Source of the DNA: a virus
Lineage: Duplodnaviria > Heunggongvirae > Uroviricota > Caudoviricetes
Reading direction: 5' to 3' (one strand)
IMG/VR virus record: IMGVR_UViG_3300011399_000002
Span: 1 to 55,870 of that record
Length of the DNA stretch: 55,870 nucleotides
Numbering within the stretch: the first letter of the stretch is position 1; every line of letters starts with the position of its first letter. This document shows, one piece after another, positions 13,935 through 24,059 of the stretch. A program made the translations under genes and the position numbers. Below the pieces are notes generated by a model. The model made no database searches. It had not been told where the DNA came from and saw only the letters and a list, made by a program, of their open reading frames with translations.

Positions 13935-15513
13935 CACATATGATGAAAGAGATTGGGCACTACTACAGATCATGGAAAACCCTGTTATGTTCAGGGAGTT
14001 TATTAACGAAGATGATCCGTACTGGCAACCATTAGAAGAACACGAAAGAGCATGGACCAGTAGCACTTCTCAGTACCTATGCATGTGCTGTGGACGAGGA
14101 GTTAGAAAGACTACAACAATGATTGAAATGCTCTACTATTGGGCAATTAATAGAATGTACATTCCCGGCGATCCGGGTCTACTTGTATACGTACCTAACA
14201 AGGCACAGAAGGATGCAATTTGGCCCCGAATCAGACAAGCCTGTGAACAGCACTGGCTTATGAAGATGTTGGTAGATGTTAATGCTATCAATGCTTCGGA
14301 GGGAAGAATTACATTTTTAAACGGTTTCACATTTATTCTAAGAATCGCAGGAAGCGAGGGGAAAGAATCCAACGTTATCTCCATCCACACAAGTCGTATA
14401 TGGGTAGACGAGGCACAGGCGTTCCCTTGGTTAGCATGGAAGTCACTAGGAAACGTCCTAAAGTTTGATATCCCCGGACACATGCTTTGGGTATCAGGTG
14501 TACCCAATGGAGAACGAAAGGACAACGTTCTCTTTGAATGCGATCAAAACGATGACAAGTATATATCATTCAATATCCCACAAACATTAATGAGTTGGTG
14601 GAATCCTGATCTAGAGTATCAGAGAAGAAAGGAATACCACGCTCTTCTAGAAGACAGTGAAGATTACAAGCACTTCGTTTTAGGCCAGCATGGAGTACCG
14701 ACCTATTCTATCTTTGACAGAATTAGGTTCAGAACAGATGATTCTGAGGTTACAAAGTTTGTCCTTAACCAACATAACTTCGACACTACCAAGAGATTTG
14801 ATCCCGATGCTAAGGAAAGGTACCACATCAACGAGATATGTGTGCCGCCTCCTGTGCCCCTACACGGGGGCGTAAAGGCTCAACTAGGGCTGGGATATGA
14901 CGTTGGGTATTCTCCTGATCCCGCTGTATTCTTTGTGATGTACAGGGATGCGCAAGGTGTATGGAAGTGCCTTGCCCGGTTTGTACTACAACGTGTAGAG
15001 TATGCATTACAGAGGGAGTTTTTAGCATACCTAGATTCTATTTACAGGTTTGATTTCCTAGGGATAGATATGGGAGGACCCGGCAAGGTTCAATACCAAG
15101 ATTTGGCCGGGGAATTAACTGATTATAAGATACATAAATTTATGGAGAGGCTATTCCCTGTAGAGTTTGGTTCCTATATGATCGTAGCCGTTGATGAAGA
15201 TGGCACAGAGAAGAAGGATCAGACCAAGCGAGTAGCAGTTGAAACCCTGTCACGATGGGTTCATGAGCATAGATTTGCTTTCTCTAAAGAAGATACAGAC
15301 CTTATGGATGAACTAGAAAGAACGAAATTCTCTAGAACACAGACAGGAGAGCCTGTATATAGAACAGAAGACGATCACCAGATGGCAGCAATGATGTGTG
15401 CTATTATGGCATATGAAAACAAGTTTGGTCCTCCTATTATTTGGGATAGACCTGAGATAAAGCCAAAGCTTCTGTCTGCCAGTTGGCTAAACACATCTAA
15501 AGGAGTGGCATAA
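13924..15513 (+). CDS. terL: Terminase large subunit
   Basis: Walker A variant GRGVRKTT, Walker B IWVDEAQ, RNase H-like nuclease acids (GYDVG, GIDMG, DDHQMA). Confidence 0.85.
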   Translation: MSDNTYDERDWALLQIMENPVMFREFINEDDPYWQPLEEHERAWTSSTSQYLCMCCGRGVRKTTTMIEMLYYWAINRMYIPGDPGLLVYVPNKAQKDAIWPRIRQACEQHWLMKMLVDVNAINASEGRITFLNGFTFILRIAGSEGKESNVISIHTSRIWVDEAQAFPWLAWKSLGNVLKFDIPGHMLWVSGVPNGERKDNVLFECDQNDDKYISFNIPQTLMSWWNPDLEYQRRKEYHALLEDSEDYKHFVLGQHGVPTYSIFDRIRFRTDDSEVTKFVLNQHNFDTTKRFDPDAKERYHINEICVPPPVPLHGGVKAQLGLGYDVGYSPDPAVFFVMYRDAQGVWKCLARFVLQRVEYALQREFLAYLDSIYRFDFLGIDMGGPGKVQYQDLAGELTDYKIHKFMERLFPVEFGSYMIVAVDEDGTEKKDQTKRVAVETLSRWVHEHRFAFSKEDTDLMDELERTKFSRTQTGEPVYRTEDDHQMAAMMCAIMAYENKFGPPIIWDRPEIKPKLLSASWLNTSKGVA

Positions 15514-17234
15514 TGGCAACAAAAGAAACTAAGGAGTTGTTAGACACTCCGCAAGATTTTAGACTGGCTAAGTCCTCTATGTGGGATGCGCCGGGATCGC
15601 CGTTTGTTGATTACGGTGGATCAACGTTCTACGGACCAAACTCAGTTGATAGCATCTTCCAAAATGCAGGACTAGTACCTGAGAAGTTATTAGTACCTAA
15701 GGAATTCCATGAAGTAATACAGATGGTTTACGATTTCTATCAGAGGGGAGGAATTGTAACTACTGTTATCAATAGACTCGCTGAGTTAGCAATTACAGAT
15801 ATACGCAATGGTCAAAGAAAGACCACAGATGAACAGAATTATTATTTCGATGCTGTTCTACATAGACAACCCTCTAGGTTGATGCGGTTCCTACGAACAT
15901 GCGCCCTAGAGTATTTCTTGTCTGGACTGGTAATTCCATATGTTGAATACGAAGAGGTACTAGGCAAAGACTTACACCCTAAGTTAACTCCTAACAAGAT
16001 ATACACAGTTCCTAAGTTTGATCTTTATCCACCCAACCTTCTTTATGTTGTTTGGGTAGGCTGGGGTGAAAAGGAATACTACCTAAAGATTCCTAGCAAG
16101 GACGTGTCCCTAATTAAAAACGGGGGCAAGACGAAGGAACAGCAATTAAAGTACGACTTCTACAACAAGTATTATCCTCAACTAGTACAAGATGTAAAGA
16201 ACGGAGTAGATAAGATTCGTCTAAGTGACGTTGATCCTATCCTACGGAAAGAGATTTCCTACTCCCCATATCCCACACCATACCTATTTAGCGTCCTAGA
16301 GCCACTTATCTTTAAGCAGCAATTAAGACGCATGGACTTTGCTGTGGCTTCTAGAGTTATTAATGCTATCTTGCTGGTCAAGGAAGGTAATGATAACTAC
16401 CCTATTACAGAAGAAACAAGAGGGAACCTAGACGAGTTAAAGGCTCAGATTCTAGCACGTTCAAGTAATCCTAGACTATTAGAAAGACTTTTCATGTTAT
16501 TTACCAACCATACAACTGAGTTGGAATGGATTACGCCAGACGTAGCCGCAATGTTGGACCAAGATAAGTATCGACAAACAAACGAAGAATTATCTGAGGG
16601 TCTAGGATTAGCAAGAGTGCTTATTACAGGAGAGGCTAGAGGAACAGGAACATCTTCCGAGGTTTCAACTTGGGCCATCCAGCCTCAGTTGGAAGAGTTA
16701 AGATCAAACCTAATGGAATGGACTTCTGATCTATACGAGGAGTTATCTGAAAAGAATAAGTTTAGAAATACTGCTTCCCCAAAGTTTAAGCCAATTAAGT
16801 TACAAGACTTTGTAAAGACAGCAGCAGTGTTTGCTCAACTATTCACAGAAGGTAATATGTCTAGAACAAGTAGAGCAGACCTTTCAGGACTTGACTTTGA
16901 AACAGAAGTTGAATTGATGACTGATGAAAAGGAATTAATGAAAGACCTACCTGCCTTCCCTCCAATGCCTTACAGTCCACAACCGCCAATGGGCGCAGGA
17001 ACAGGAGTTAGAGGTAACGGTGGGGGAAGACCATTAGGTAGTCAGAATGTTCCAATAACCAAGAGAAATACAGGAGTAAAGCCTAAGGGCCAGAAGCCTG
17101 TATCACAAGTTAAGAAGTCTGAATTGATGGAAGATACAGATGTTATTGATCTATTGATTAGAGTAGCGGAAGAACTTGGGGTCTACATCGATGAGGGAGT
17201 TGTAGAAGAAACACCGGAATTGTTAAATGAATAA
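15513..17234 (+). CDS. Portal protein
   Basis: 573 aa, translationally coupled to terL (TAATG); size, helical content and low-complexity C-terminal tail fit a portal. Confidence 0.72.
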   Translation: MATKETKELLDTPQDFRLAKSSMWDAPGSPFVDYGGSTFYGPNSVDSIFQNAGLVPEKLLVPKEFHEVIQMVYDFYQRGGIVTTVINRLAELAITDIRNGQRKTTDEQNYYFDAVLHRQPSRLMRFLRTCALEYFLSGLVIPYVEYEEVLGKDLHPKLTPNKIYTVPKFDLYPPNLLYVVWVGWGEKEYYLKIPSKDVSLIKNGGKTKEQQLKYDFYNKYYPQLVQDVKNGVDKIRLSDVDPILRKEISYSPYPTPYLFSVLEPLIFKQQLRRMDFAVASRVINAILLVKEGNDNYPITEETRGNLDELKAQILARSSNPRLLERLFMLFTNHTTELEWITPDVAAMLDQDKYRQTNEELSEGLGLARVLITGEARGTGTSSEVSTWAIQPQLEELRSNLMEWTSDLYEELSEKNKFRNTASPKFKPIKLQDFVKTAAVFAQLFTEGNMSRTSRADLSGLDFETEVELMTDEKELMKDLPAFPPMPYSPQPPMGAGTGVRGNGGGRPLGSQNVPITKRNTGVKPKGQKPVSQVKKSELMEDTDVIDLLIRVAEELGVYIDEGVVEETPELLNE

Positions 17235-17490
17235 GAAGATTGTAGCAGTAATTTGGGATGATCATGTTTATGTCGATAGAGATAAAATACCAAAGCATCC
17301 CGACGATGTACTAACTACTAACCTCTCAGTGGGAATTCTTTATGATCAAACTGATAAGGTGTTAGTGCTAGTTAATAGTATAGAAGCCTACGAAGAGCGG
17401 GACGACGTATCTTATACAGTTATAGTGAAGGCTACTATACAGGGTATAAAGGAGTATGGTGACATAGAAATAAATGAATTAAGAGAGTGA
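17227..17490 (+). CDS. Hypothetical protein
   Basis: 87 aa, KIVAVIWDDH...SVGILY...VLVLVNS; overlaps the portal stop. Confidence 0.65.
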   Translation: MNKKIVAVIWDDHVYVDRDKIPKHPDDVLTTNLSVGILYDQTDKVLVLVNSIEAYEERDDVSYTVIVKATIQGIKEYGDIEINELRE

Positions 17491-17497
17491 CGAATGC

Positions 17498-17791
17498 ATG
17501 ACTGAAATACTTATCGCAATTATCTCAGCCCTTACTACTATAATTATCGCAGGAATTACTCGACATTATAGAAAGCAAGAAGCAGCAGATGAGGATCAAG
17601 ATAAACTAGTTTCAACTTTAAAGGATTTAGTAAGGGCGCAGGATGATAGAATCGGTATGCTTGAAAAACACGTTACTGATGGGACAGAGGAAATCCGACT
17701 CTTGCGTTTACAGGTAGTGGAATTGCGGGAAGTAATCGTAAGTCAGGCTCTCCTAATTCAGGAATTATCAGCAAAAACCGCCCTAAATTAA
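17498..17791 (+). CDS. Membrane-anchored coiled-coil protein (holin-like)
   Basis: N-terminal TM ILIAIISALTTIIIAGI followed by a heptad-like coil. Confidence 0.55.
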   Translation: MTEILIAIISALTTIIIAGITRHYRKQEAADEDQDKLVSTLKDLVRAQDDRIGMLEKHVTDGTEEIRLLRLQVVELREVIVSQALLIQELSAKTALN

Positions 17792-17840
17792 ACATTAATG
17801 TAGTTTCTATTATTGGAACCTACCCCAAGGGGGTGAATAC

Positions 17841-18893
17841 ATGACGATAAAAAATACTAATTTTAATATTACCATTGCATCGATTGAAGATGTACCAGAA
17901 GCCGAAGTAAACAACCCGTTCCTAACAAGGATTAAATTCATCTTCGCTGACAATCAGGGAAATGGAAACAAGCAGGGAATTACAGAGGACGAGTTTGATG
18001 CAATAGCACAGTCTGCACTTCATATGCCAATCAAGATGAAGTTTAGCGAGGAAGATGTTGAAGGACACGCTGCCTCAACACCCATCGGGCATATAACTGG
18101 AATGACAAGAGCAGTAGAGGAAGGCGTTCCACAATTACTTGGAGAGGCTTTGCTTTATCGAAATGAATATCCAGAGGAAGTGCAATTCCTAAAGACTAAG
18201 CATGCAGAGGGTGAAGCACCCGGTATCTCTTGGGAAATAGCGTACAAGGATAGTATTGTTGATCAAGGGATCGAATGGCTAAAGGGTACAGTAGCGATGG
18301 CAGCAACATTTGTTAAGAAGCCAGCGTATGGCAAGAGAACAAGATTGCTAGCCATAGCAGAAGAAAATGTAAACAATGACGAGTTCATGACACAGCTAAA
18401 AGAAATAACAGATGCATGGGCTTCAACTAATGAACCAAAGGGAGGTAACAAAGTGGAGGAAGAACTAGCAAAGGCGCAAGCCGCACTAGAAGAAGCGAAG
18501 GCTAAAGTAACTGAACTAGAAGGCAAGTTAACAGAAGCCACAGTTAAGGTAGATGCCTTAACAGAAGAAAATAAGGGTTATGCTCAGGCTAAGGTACTAG
18601 CAGAAAGAATCGCTAAGATTGCAGAAGCAGGTATCAAGTTTGAACTAGAAGGCGAAGCACTTACAGCAAAGCAGTCATTCTGGCTATCATTGTCAGAGGA
18701 AGCATTTGATGGTTACATTGCAGACCTTGCTGCTGCAAAGGCATCAGTAAAGGTTGAACCAACAAAGACTACAGTAGCTTCAAAGAGGGAAGACCTACCA
18801 AAGTTTACTGCGGTAGCAGGACAGGAATTAACACTAGAAGACTTGAAGGCATCAGCAAGACGTGCTTCAAGAGGCGAACTAGCAGACTTATAA
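17841..18893 (+). CDS. Prohead protease/scaffold fusion
   Basis: N-terminal domain with His (EGHAAS) and Ser (GISWE) candidates; C-terminal Ala/Glu/Lys coiled coil; lies upstream of the capsid genes. Confidence 0.62.
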   Translation: MTIKNTNFNITIASIEDVPEAEVNNPFLTRIKFIFADNQGNGNKQGITEDEFDAIAQSALHMPIKMKFSEEDVEGHAASTPIGHITGMTRAVEEGVPQLLGEALLYRNEYPEEVQFLKTKHAEGEAPGISWEIAYKDSIVDQGIEWLKGTVAMAATFVKKPAYGKRTRLLAIAEENVNNDEFMTQLKEITDAWASTNEPKGGNKVEEELAKAQAALEEAKAKVTELEGKLTEATVKVDALTEENKGYAQAKVLAERIAKIAEAGIKFELEGEALTAKQSFWLSLSEEAFDGYIADLAAAKASVKVEPTKTTVASKREDLPKFTAVAGQELTLEDLKASARRASRGELADL

Positions 18894-18914
18894 GAAAGGA
18901 GGTAGGCAAACAGA

Positions 18915-19553
18915 ATGGCAGATGCAATTAACACAGGCAATCCAGTAGATACAACTAAGTTTATTGTAAACAAGTATCATGATATCGACGGGGCGCGAGT
19001 AAGTCAGGAAACTAACAGAGGACGGTTCTGCTTTAGAGATTCGAACGGTAGAATGACTCTACCAAGAACAATCACAGAAGCACAGAAGGCTGTATTCCCT
19101 GTTGACTGGCCTATGCCACTTAATCCGGGTCCTTATTTCACAGGCGCAGGATTAAATGGTTCACAGGTTTACGGTCTTAATGATGGTTCTTTGAACAATC
19201 AGGAAGGCGATTTTGAACTTGATCTTGATCAGGCTTTCAACGCTTCATGGCCCACAGGTATTACTGTTTATGATGTACCGTTGAAGTATTACAATCTCCC
19301 AGTGGCATCAGGTAACAAGGCTCTTGTTTACGATGCAGGAACATTCACATTTGGTTCAGGTAACTACATGGGTGTTTCATCTGATTACAGCATTGGATCA
19401 AAGGTTTACGCAGAATACTCAACAGGTAATGAAGGTAAACTAACAGTTTCAGGTTCTATTGCTGCTAACACAGTCGTAGGATATGTAACACAGAAGGATA
19501 CGTTCGGACAAAACACAATCACTGTAAAGCTTAAGGGCTTAGCAGCACTTTAA
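18915..19553 (+). CDS. Head decoration/cement protein
   Basis: 212-aa beta-rich protein between scaffold and capsid; SD AAGGAGG. Confidence 0.55.
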   Translation: MADAINTGNPVDTTKFIVNKYHDIDGARVSQETNRGRFCFRDSNGRMTLPRTITEAQKAVFPVDWPMPLNPGPYFTGAGLNGSQVYGLNDGSLNNQEGDFELDLDQAFNASWPTGITVYDVPLKYYNLPVASGNKALVYDAGTFTFGSGNYMGVSSDYSIGSKVYAEYSTGNEGKLTVSGSIAANTVVGYVTQKDTFGQNTITVKLKGLAAL

Positions 19554-19586
19554 TAGCTGAGTAAGTAAAGGAGGCGAAATAATAGA

Positions 19587-20591
19587 ATGGCAGTTAGACT
19601 AGACCCACAAATAACTCCTGAATACCGAAAGGCTGTTTCAGAGTTAGCTAAGACAAATAGATCGGCGCTAGCAGAAATCCTAACAGAATATGTTGATCCG
19701 GTATATTTAACTCTTGACTTGGCTGGTACCTTCATGAATACACGAGAAATGCGCTTTGGCGATATGCTCGTAAAGAGATTCAAGGGTAAGTACCACGTTC
19801 AGCAGATTGTACCCGGTCAGATCACCCTTGGTGAACAGATCACAGTAAAGGATAAGGCTCTCTCATGGAACCTTGATATCCTTGCCGCAAAGGCAGAGTA
19901 CAACACACTAGAACTAGAACATGGTGGTCCAGCATTCACACCTGAAACAGTAAGATCAGACGTTCAGAAGGCTCTTAATGAAAAACTTCTTATGAGAACA
20001 TGGAACGCTCTAGGTAACATCTGGACAGCAGGTAATGCATCAGCACTTACAATTCCGGGTTCATCAGTATCAAACTTCATTGATGCCTCAGGCGCGTTGA
20101 CTTCAACAGTGCTTGATCAGGCTATCGATCACGTTAACTACTGGTCAGGATCAGTAAAGGCAATCATTGGAACAGAGGCAGCACTTGCTCCTTTGTCAAC
20201 ATTTGGTCAGTACAAGGTTATCACAGGCACAAACTCTGATTTCCTTGTAAAGGTTGATGGAACAAACGGAAATTCAATTAGAAACATTTCACCTTACGCA
20301 GGACAGCAAGTCGAATCATATCGAGGCGTTAGTAACATCGTAAGAGTAAAGCAACTATTTGATAACACAGTATTCCCACCTCGACCGCTTCTACCAACAG
20401 ACTATGTATTAGTAATCGGGGACGACATTGGTGAATTCATCACTTATGGTGGACCTCAGTATAAGGAATACGTCGATAACCGACCAACTCCTCCATACTG
20501 GAACTACGAAACATGGATTCAGTTTGGTATGATGATTACCAACGCAAGAGGGCTTGTAAAGATCGCTGTAACAGCACCAACAGTCCCGTAA
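19587..20591 (+). CDS. Major capsid protein (HK97-like)
   Basis: 334 aa, SD AAGGAGG, canonical position, followed by a strong terminator. Confidence 0.75.
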   Translation: MAVRLDPQITPEYRKAVSELAKTNRSALAEILTEYVDPVYLTLDLAGTFMNTREMRFGDMLVKRFKGKYHVQQIVPGQITLGEQITVKDKALSWNLDILAAKAEYNTLELEHGGPAFTPETVRSDVQKALNEKLLMRTWNALGNIWTAGNASALTIPGSSVSNFIDASGALTSTVLDQAIDHVNYWSGSVKAIIGTEAALAPLSTFGQYKVITGTNSDFLVKVDGTNGNSIRNISPYAGQQVESYRGVSNIVRVKQLFDNTVFPPRPLLPTDYVLVIGDDIGEFITYGGPQYKEYVDNRPTPPYWNYETWIQFGMMITNARGLVKIAVTAPTVP

Positions 20592-20617
20592 TCTAGGAAA
20601 CTAGTAGGATAGTATAG

Positions 20618-20663
20618 CAAGGGCCATCTTCGGTCAAATGGCCGGGGATGGCCCTTGTTTTTT
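20618..20663 (+). terminator. Intrinsic terminator after the capsid gene
   Basis: CAAGGGCCATC...GATGGCCCTTG followed by TTTTTT. Confidence 0.85.
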
Positions 20664-20715
20664 ATTTGTTTTAGACTCGCATAGGAGTCGAAGGTTGACC
20701 TTGGAGGTTATTATT

Positions 20716-21207
20716 ATGCAACGTGATCCATACGAACAGCAAAACAAAGGTGAAGTAATAGAATGGGTATACTTCAAGAAGCAAGTACCCTTTAGTGTAG
20801 GAATAAGATTCCATCAGCGTGACCCTGACGGCTTGGTTCTTAATGGCAACAATCCTTACGTTAACATTAGAAAGGAAAACGTCAAGGAGTTTATGCGGGC
20901 CAATAGAATCGCATTTGAGCGAGGACTCATAAAGGAAGCAGAAGAACCGGGAATGGACTTTGCTGATAACACTAATCAAATCTCACAGGAAGAAGCAGCA
21001 GAACTGGTAAAAAATTTATTCATGCTAAAGAAGCGTTTACCAGCAATAACATCAGAAGCAGTTTTAGGTATGCTGTACGCAGAAGCTAAGGCTCAGAAAA
21101 GATCACAGAAGATTATCGATCTAATAGAGGAAAGGCTATTAGATGTTACCCCAGCAGGAATGAAGGGTATTGATTGGGCACCAGAGGAAAATGACGGAGG
21201 TGTTTAA
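20716..21207 (+). CDS. Hypothetical head-associated protein
   Basis: Start re-set to ATG 20716 (SD GGAGG); the track start lies inside the terminator. Confidence 0.6.
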   Translation: MQRDPYEQQNKGEVIEWVYFKKQVPFSVGIRFHQRDPDGLVLNGNNPYVNIRKENVKEFMRANRIAFERGLIKEAEEPGMDFADNTNQISQEEAAELVKNLFMLKKRLPAITSEAVLGMLYAEAKAQKRSQKIIDLIEERLLDVTPAGMKGIDWAPEENDGGV

Positions 21208-21209
21208 CA

Positions 21210-21647
21210 TTGAATTTATTGGACCTAGTTCCAGCGTTTAGAAGACATATCTCTAACTACCTTGATACAGATGAAATTGATGGGGAGTTAGCAGCGTATC
21301 TTGCCGATGGTGTCGAAGCATTACAGTTTCGATGGGAGCGGACATACGTGATAGATCATGAACCTCCGTTGACGTTTTTGGTTGAACCGGAAATAGCATC
21401 TAAGGATAAGCGACCTATTATTTTGATGGGTTCAATTATATATAAGATGGGTAATCTACAGTTGGCAGGATTTAAAGATGGAGACTTCTCCTACGATCCT
21501 CAGCAAGGTAGACAGAACCCACTACAAATGGACATAGAAGAGTTAGCAAGATTCTTACCGATCTATAGATTGGCGAAGGGAAGCACAAGTCCTCTAAGAG
21601 GATTTAACAATACGGTGAATCCAGAGTCTTATCAGTTCTTACTATAA
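21210..21647 (+). CDS. Probable head-tail adaptor
   Basis: 145-aa helical protein in the adaptor position; GFKDGDFSY motif. Confidence 0.55.
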   Translation: MNLLDLVPAFRRHISNYLDTDEIDGELAAYLADGVEALQFRWERTYVIDHEPPLTFLVEPEIASKDKRPIILMGSIIYKMGNLQLAGFKDGDFSYDPQQGRQNPLQMDIEELARFLPIYRLAKGSTSPLRGFNNTVNPESYQFLL

Positions 21648-21656
21648 GGAGAAGGA

Positions 21657-22313
21657 ATGGCAGAGGTAACGGTTGTGATACCCACTTATTTTGCTGGGTC
21701 GATGCTTTATAATTGTATAGAAAGCATCCACAAAAATGTGCCCAACGTCAAGGTACTAGTGTACAAGAATGATGTTGGGTTTCTTAAAGCATGTAACAAA
21801 GCAATGGCATCCCTTACAACGGACGTTCTATTGCTCAATGATGATACTCAAATACTAAGCAACATAGTGCGTGAAATGCATGATTTAGCTTATAGTGATG
21901 AGAAGATCGGGATAGTTGGGGGCAAGGCATTATCCCCCAATGATCCTCAAACGATAATCAATTATGGTATATACATAGGGGTAGATGGAAACACTGCTCA
22001 TAAATATTACGGTCAAGCCAGCGACTCCGTAGATGTTGAAAATCAAAAAGCAGTCGAAGGTTCTTGCATGTATATAAAGCGAGAACTGATTGAAGAAATT
22101 GGATTGTTTGATGAAGGCTATGGAATGGGCTACCGTGAAGAGATTGATTTCTGTCTGCGCGCTAGAGAGAAGGGCTGGAAGATTGTTTCCTGCCCAACCG
22201 CAGAATATATCCACTACACAAGTCAAACAAACAGCAAGTTAGGGATTCACAATTCTACCTACGATTACTTTATGTCCAAGTGGGCAACAAAGTTAAAGTT
22301 AGGATTAGTGTAA
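21657..22313 (+). CDS. GT2 family glycosyltransferase
   Basis: VTVVIPTY, GFLKACNKAM, LLLNDD, VEGSCMYIKRELIEEIGLFDEGYGMGYREEIDFCLRA. Confidence 0.92.
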   Translation: MAEVTVVIPTYFAGSMLYNCIESIHKNVPNVKVLVYKNDVGFLKACNKAMASLTTDVLLLNDDTQILSNIVREMHDLAYSDEKIGIVGGKALSPNDPQTIINYGIYIGVDGNTAHKYYGQASDSVDVENQKAVEGSCMYIKRELIEEIGLFDEGYGMGYREEIDFCLRAREKGWKIVSCPTAEYIHYTSQTNSKLGIHNSTYDYFMSKWATKLKLGLV

Positions 22314-22324
22314 AGGAGAAGGAA

Positions 22325-23302
22325 ATGGCTAACAAGACAATTGCAGATATGGGAATCTACTTTGGTGATAAGCAGAACACAGGTCAATATGACAATGGTG
22401 TTTGGATGGACTTACTAAAGATTCCTTATCTACAGTCAAAGGATGAGGCGGGATTGTTCAAGACAATTATCCGTACTCTGTGGATAGACTCTATAGGTTG
22501 GAGCAAGGAGATAAAGAATCGATGGCCCCAACTAAACCTAATCGGATTATCTGATCACCCTCTCAGCACTCATATATCACGTCTGCCAGCAGATAAACAG
22601 TATGCGTACTTGGCTGATCTAGAATACCTTGATGGTCTAATGGCTCTTACTTATGAAGAAGAGCAATTTTATAAGACTGTCTTACCTTCAAAGCCAGTAG
22701 TACGTGTTGGCCTACCGTTCCCTGTTGAGAATTATGAAAAGAATTTTGGCTCATTCAGGGGCTCTGAAAAGGAGTTCATTGGTTTAGGCGTAGGTGCAGC
22801 AGATAATGATAGGAATTTCATATCGAACTTACTTGTGTTTCAAACTTTGAAACTAAAGAATCCCGACCTACAAGGTGTATTCCTTTCTGTTCCTCACCAG
22901 TTAATGCCCTACTGTGTGTACATGGCAGATCAATTCGATGGTGTATTTATACACAAGCGGACAAATATGGGTGAATACCTAGAAGTTTTGAGCCGTTGTA
23001 AGATGGTAATAAGTCTGCCGGATAGGAATACACCGGGTCGGTTACAAGGTGAAGCAGCGTTCTTTAAGATTCCTGTAGTGGGTAGTGATCGGTTGGAATT
23101 ACAACGCGAGTTATTCCCAACTACAAGCGTGTCTCCGTTCTCTCTACAGGATGCTGTAGAACAGGCTACAAGGGTCCTAGAAAGCCCGGAGGACGCCGCA
23201 AGCATCGGAGAGTACGCATACTCCACCTTATTAAAAGAATACGACTATGCTAAGAGTCTGGAAAGATTCAACTCACTACTCGATAAGATAAAGGGTGGTT
23301 AA
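22325..23302 (+). CDS. GT-B fold glycosyltransferase-like protein (GT4-like)
   Basis: Start re-set to ATG 22325; C-terminal YLEVLSRCKMVI...GRLQGEAAFFKIPVVGS...IGEYAY. Confidence 0.7.
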   Translation: MANKTIADMGIYFGDKQNTGQYDNGVWMDLLKIPYLQSKDEAGLFKTIIRTLWIDSIGWSKEIKNRWPQLNLIGLSDHPLSTHISRLPADKQYAYLADLEYLDGLMALTYEEEQFYKTVLPSKPVVRVGLPFPVENYEKNFGSFRGSEKEFIGLGVGAADNDRNFISNLLVFQTLKLKNPDLQGVFLSVPHQLMPYCVYMADQFDGVFIHKRTNMGEYLEVLSRCKMVISLPDRNTPGRLQGEAAFFKIPVVGSDRLELQRELFPTTSVSPFSLQDAVEQATRVLESPEDAASIGEYAYSTLLKEYDYAKSLERFNSLLDKIKGG

Positions 23303-23777
23303 TTTGTCAGAAATTATCAAAGTAAATCGGGAGTGGATCAAAAGACAAATCGATTCTGCCCGTGTAAGTATAGGTCGTAATGTATCTTTCTATACAACGG
23401 AGAGAACGGCTTGTACACTTTGTACACCTTCTGGTTATTATAACTCTCATACAGACTCAACACTCTATTTTAATTGTCCTGTATGCTCAGGAGCATATTG
23501 GCTCCTAGCAGAAACGGAGCATATTATTCTTGCTCGCGTACACTGGACAAATGATGAGGCTCTTGATACTACACCCGGAGGAAAATACTTCGTCGGGGAT
23601 GCTACCGTAACTGTTGATCCTGCATATAGAACAATAGCAGAGGCCGCACAAAACGAGGACGGTAAGGTTGTAGTCGATGGACACGATATGCAAATCATTA
23701 AGATTATACCTCTAGGTGCCCCTGATCCAAACCGTTACAGGGTTGTATTAAAGGGACAAGGGGAACGACCAGCATAA
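23295..23777 (+). CDS. Probable head-closure/stopper protein with Zn-finger insert
   Basis: CTLC...CPVC; C-terminal VVDGHDMQIIKI...YRVVLKG fits a beta-barrel stopper. Confidence 0.55.
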   Translation: MVNLSEIIKVNREWIKRQIDSARVSIGRNVSFYTTERTACTLCTPSGYYNSHTDSTLYFNCPVCSGAYWLLAETEHIILARVHWTNDEALDTTPGGKYFVGDATVTVDPAYRTIAEAAQNEDGKVVVDGHDMQIIKIIPLGAPDPNRYRVVLKGQGERPA

Positions 23778-23786
23778 AGGAAAGGA

Positions 23787-24059
23787 ATGGATATGATTGA
23801 CACAGACGGAATCACTTGCCCGCATTGTGGTAACAGATTTGAATATAACAAAGTTAACGGCGTTAATCTTGTTGATATAGCGACTAACATTGAAAAACAA
23901 AAGCGAATGTATTGCAAGTTATCGCTAGATGCACTTGAAAGGTTGGGCAAGAATGGAGAATTAACCTTCCCCCAAACTAAGAAGATCGTACTAGATAACT
24001 TCAATGATTTCACAAGAGCAGTACATACGATAATAGGATTCGGTAGAGAGGTGGAGTAA
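23787..24059 (+). CDS. Hypothetical protein with CPHC
   Basis: 90 aa, SD AAAGGA. Confidence 0.55.
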   Translation: MDMIDTDGITCPHCGNRFEYNKVNGVNLVDIATNIEKQKRMYCKLSLDALERLGKNGELTFPQTKKIVLDNFNDFTRAVHTIIGFGREVE

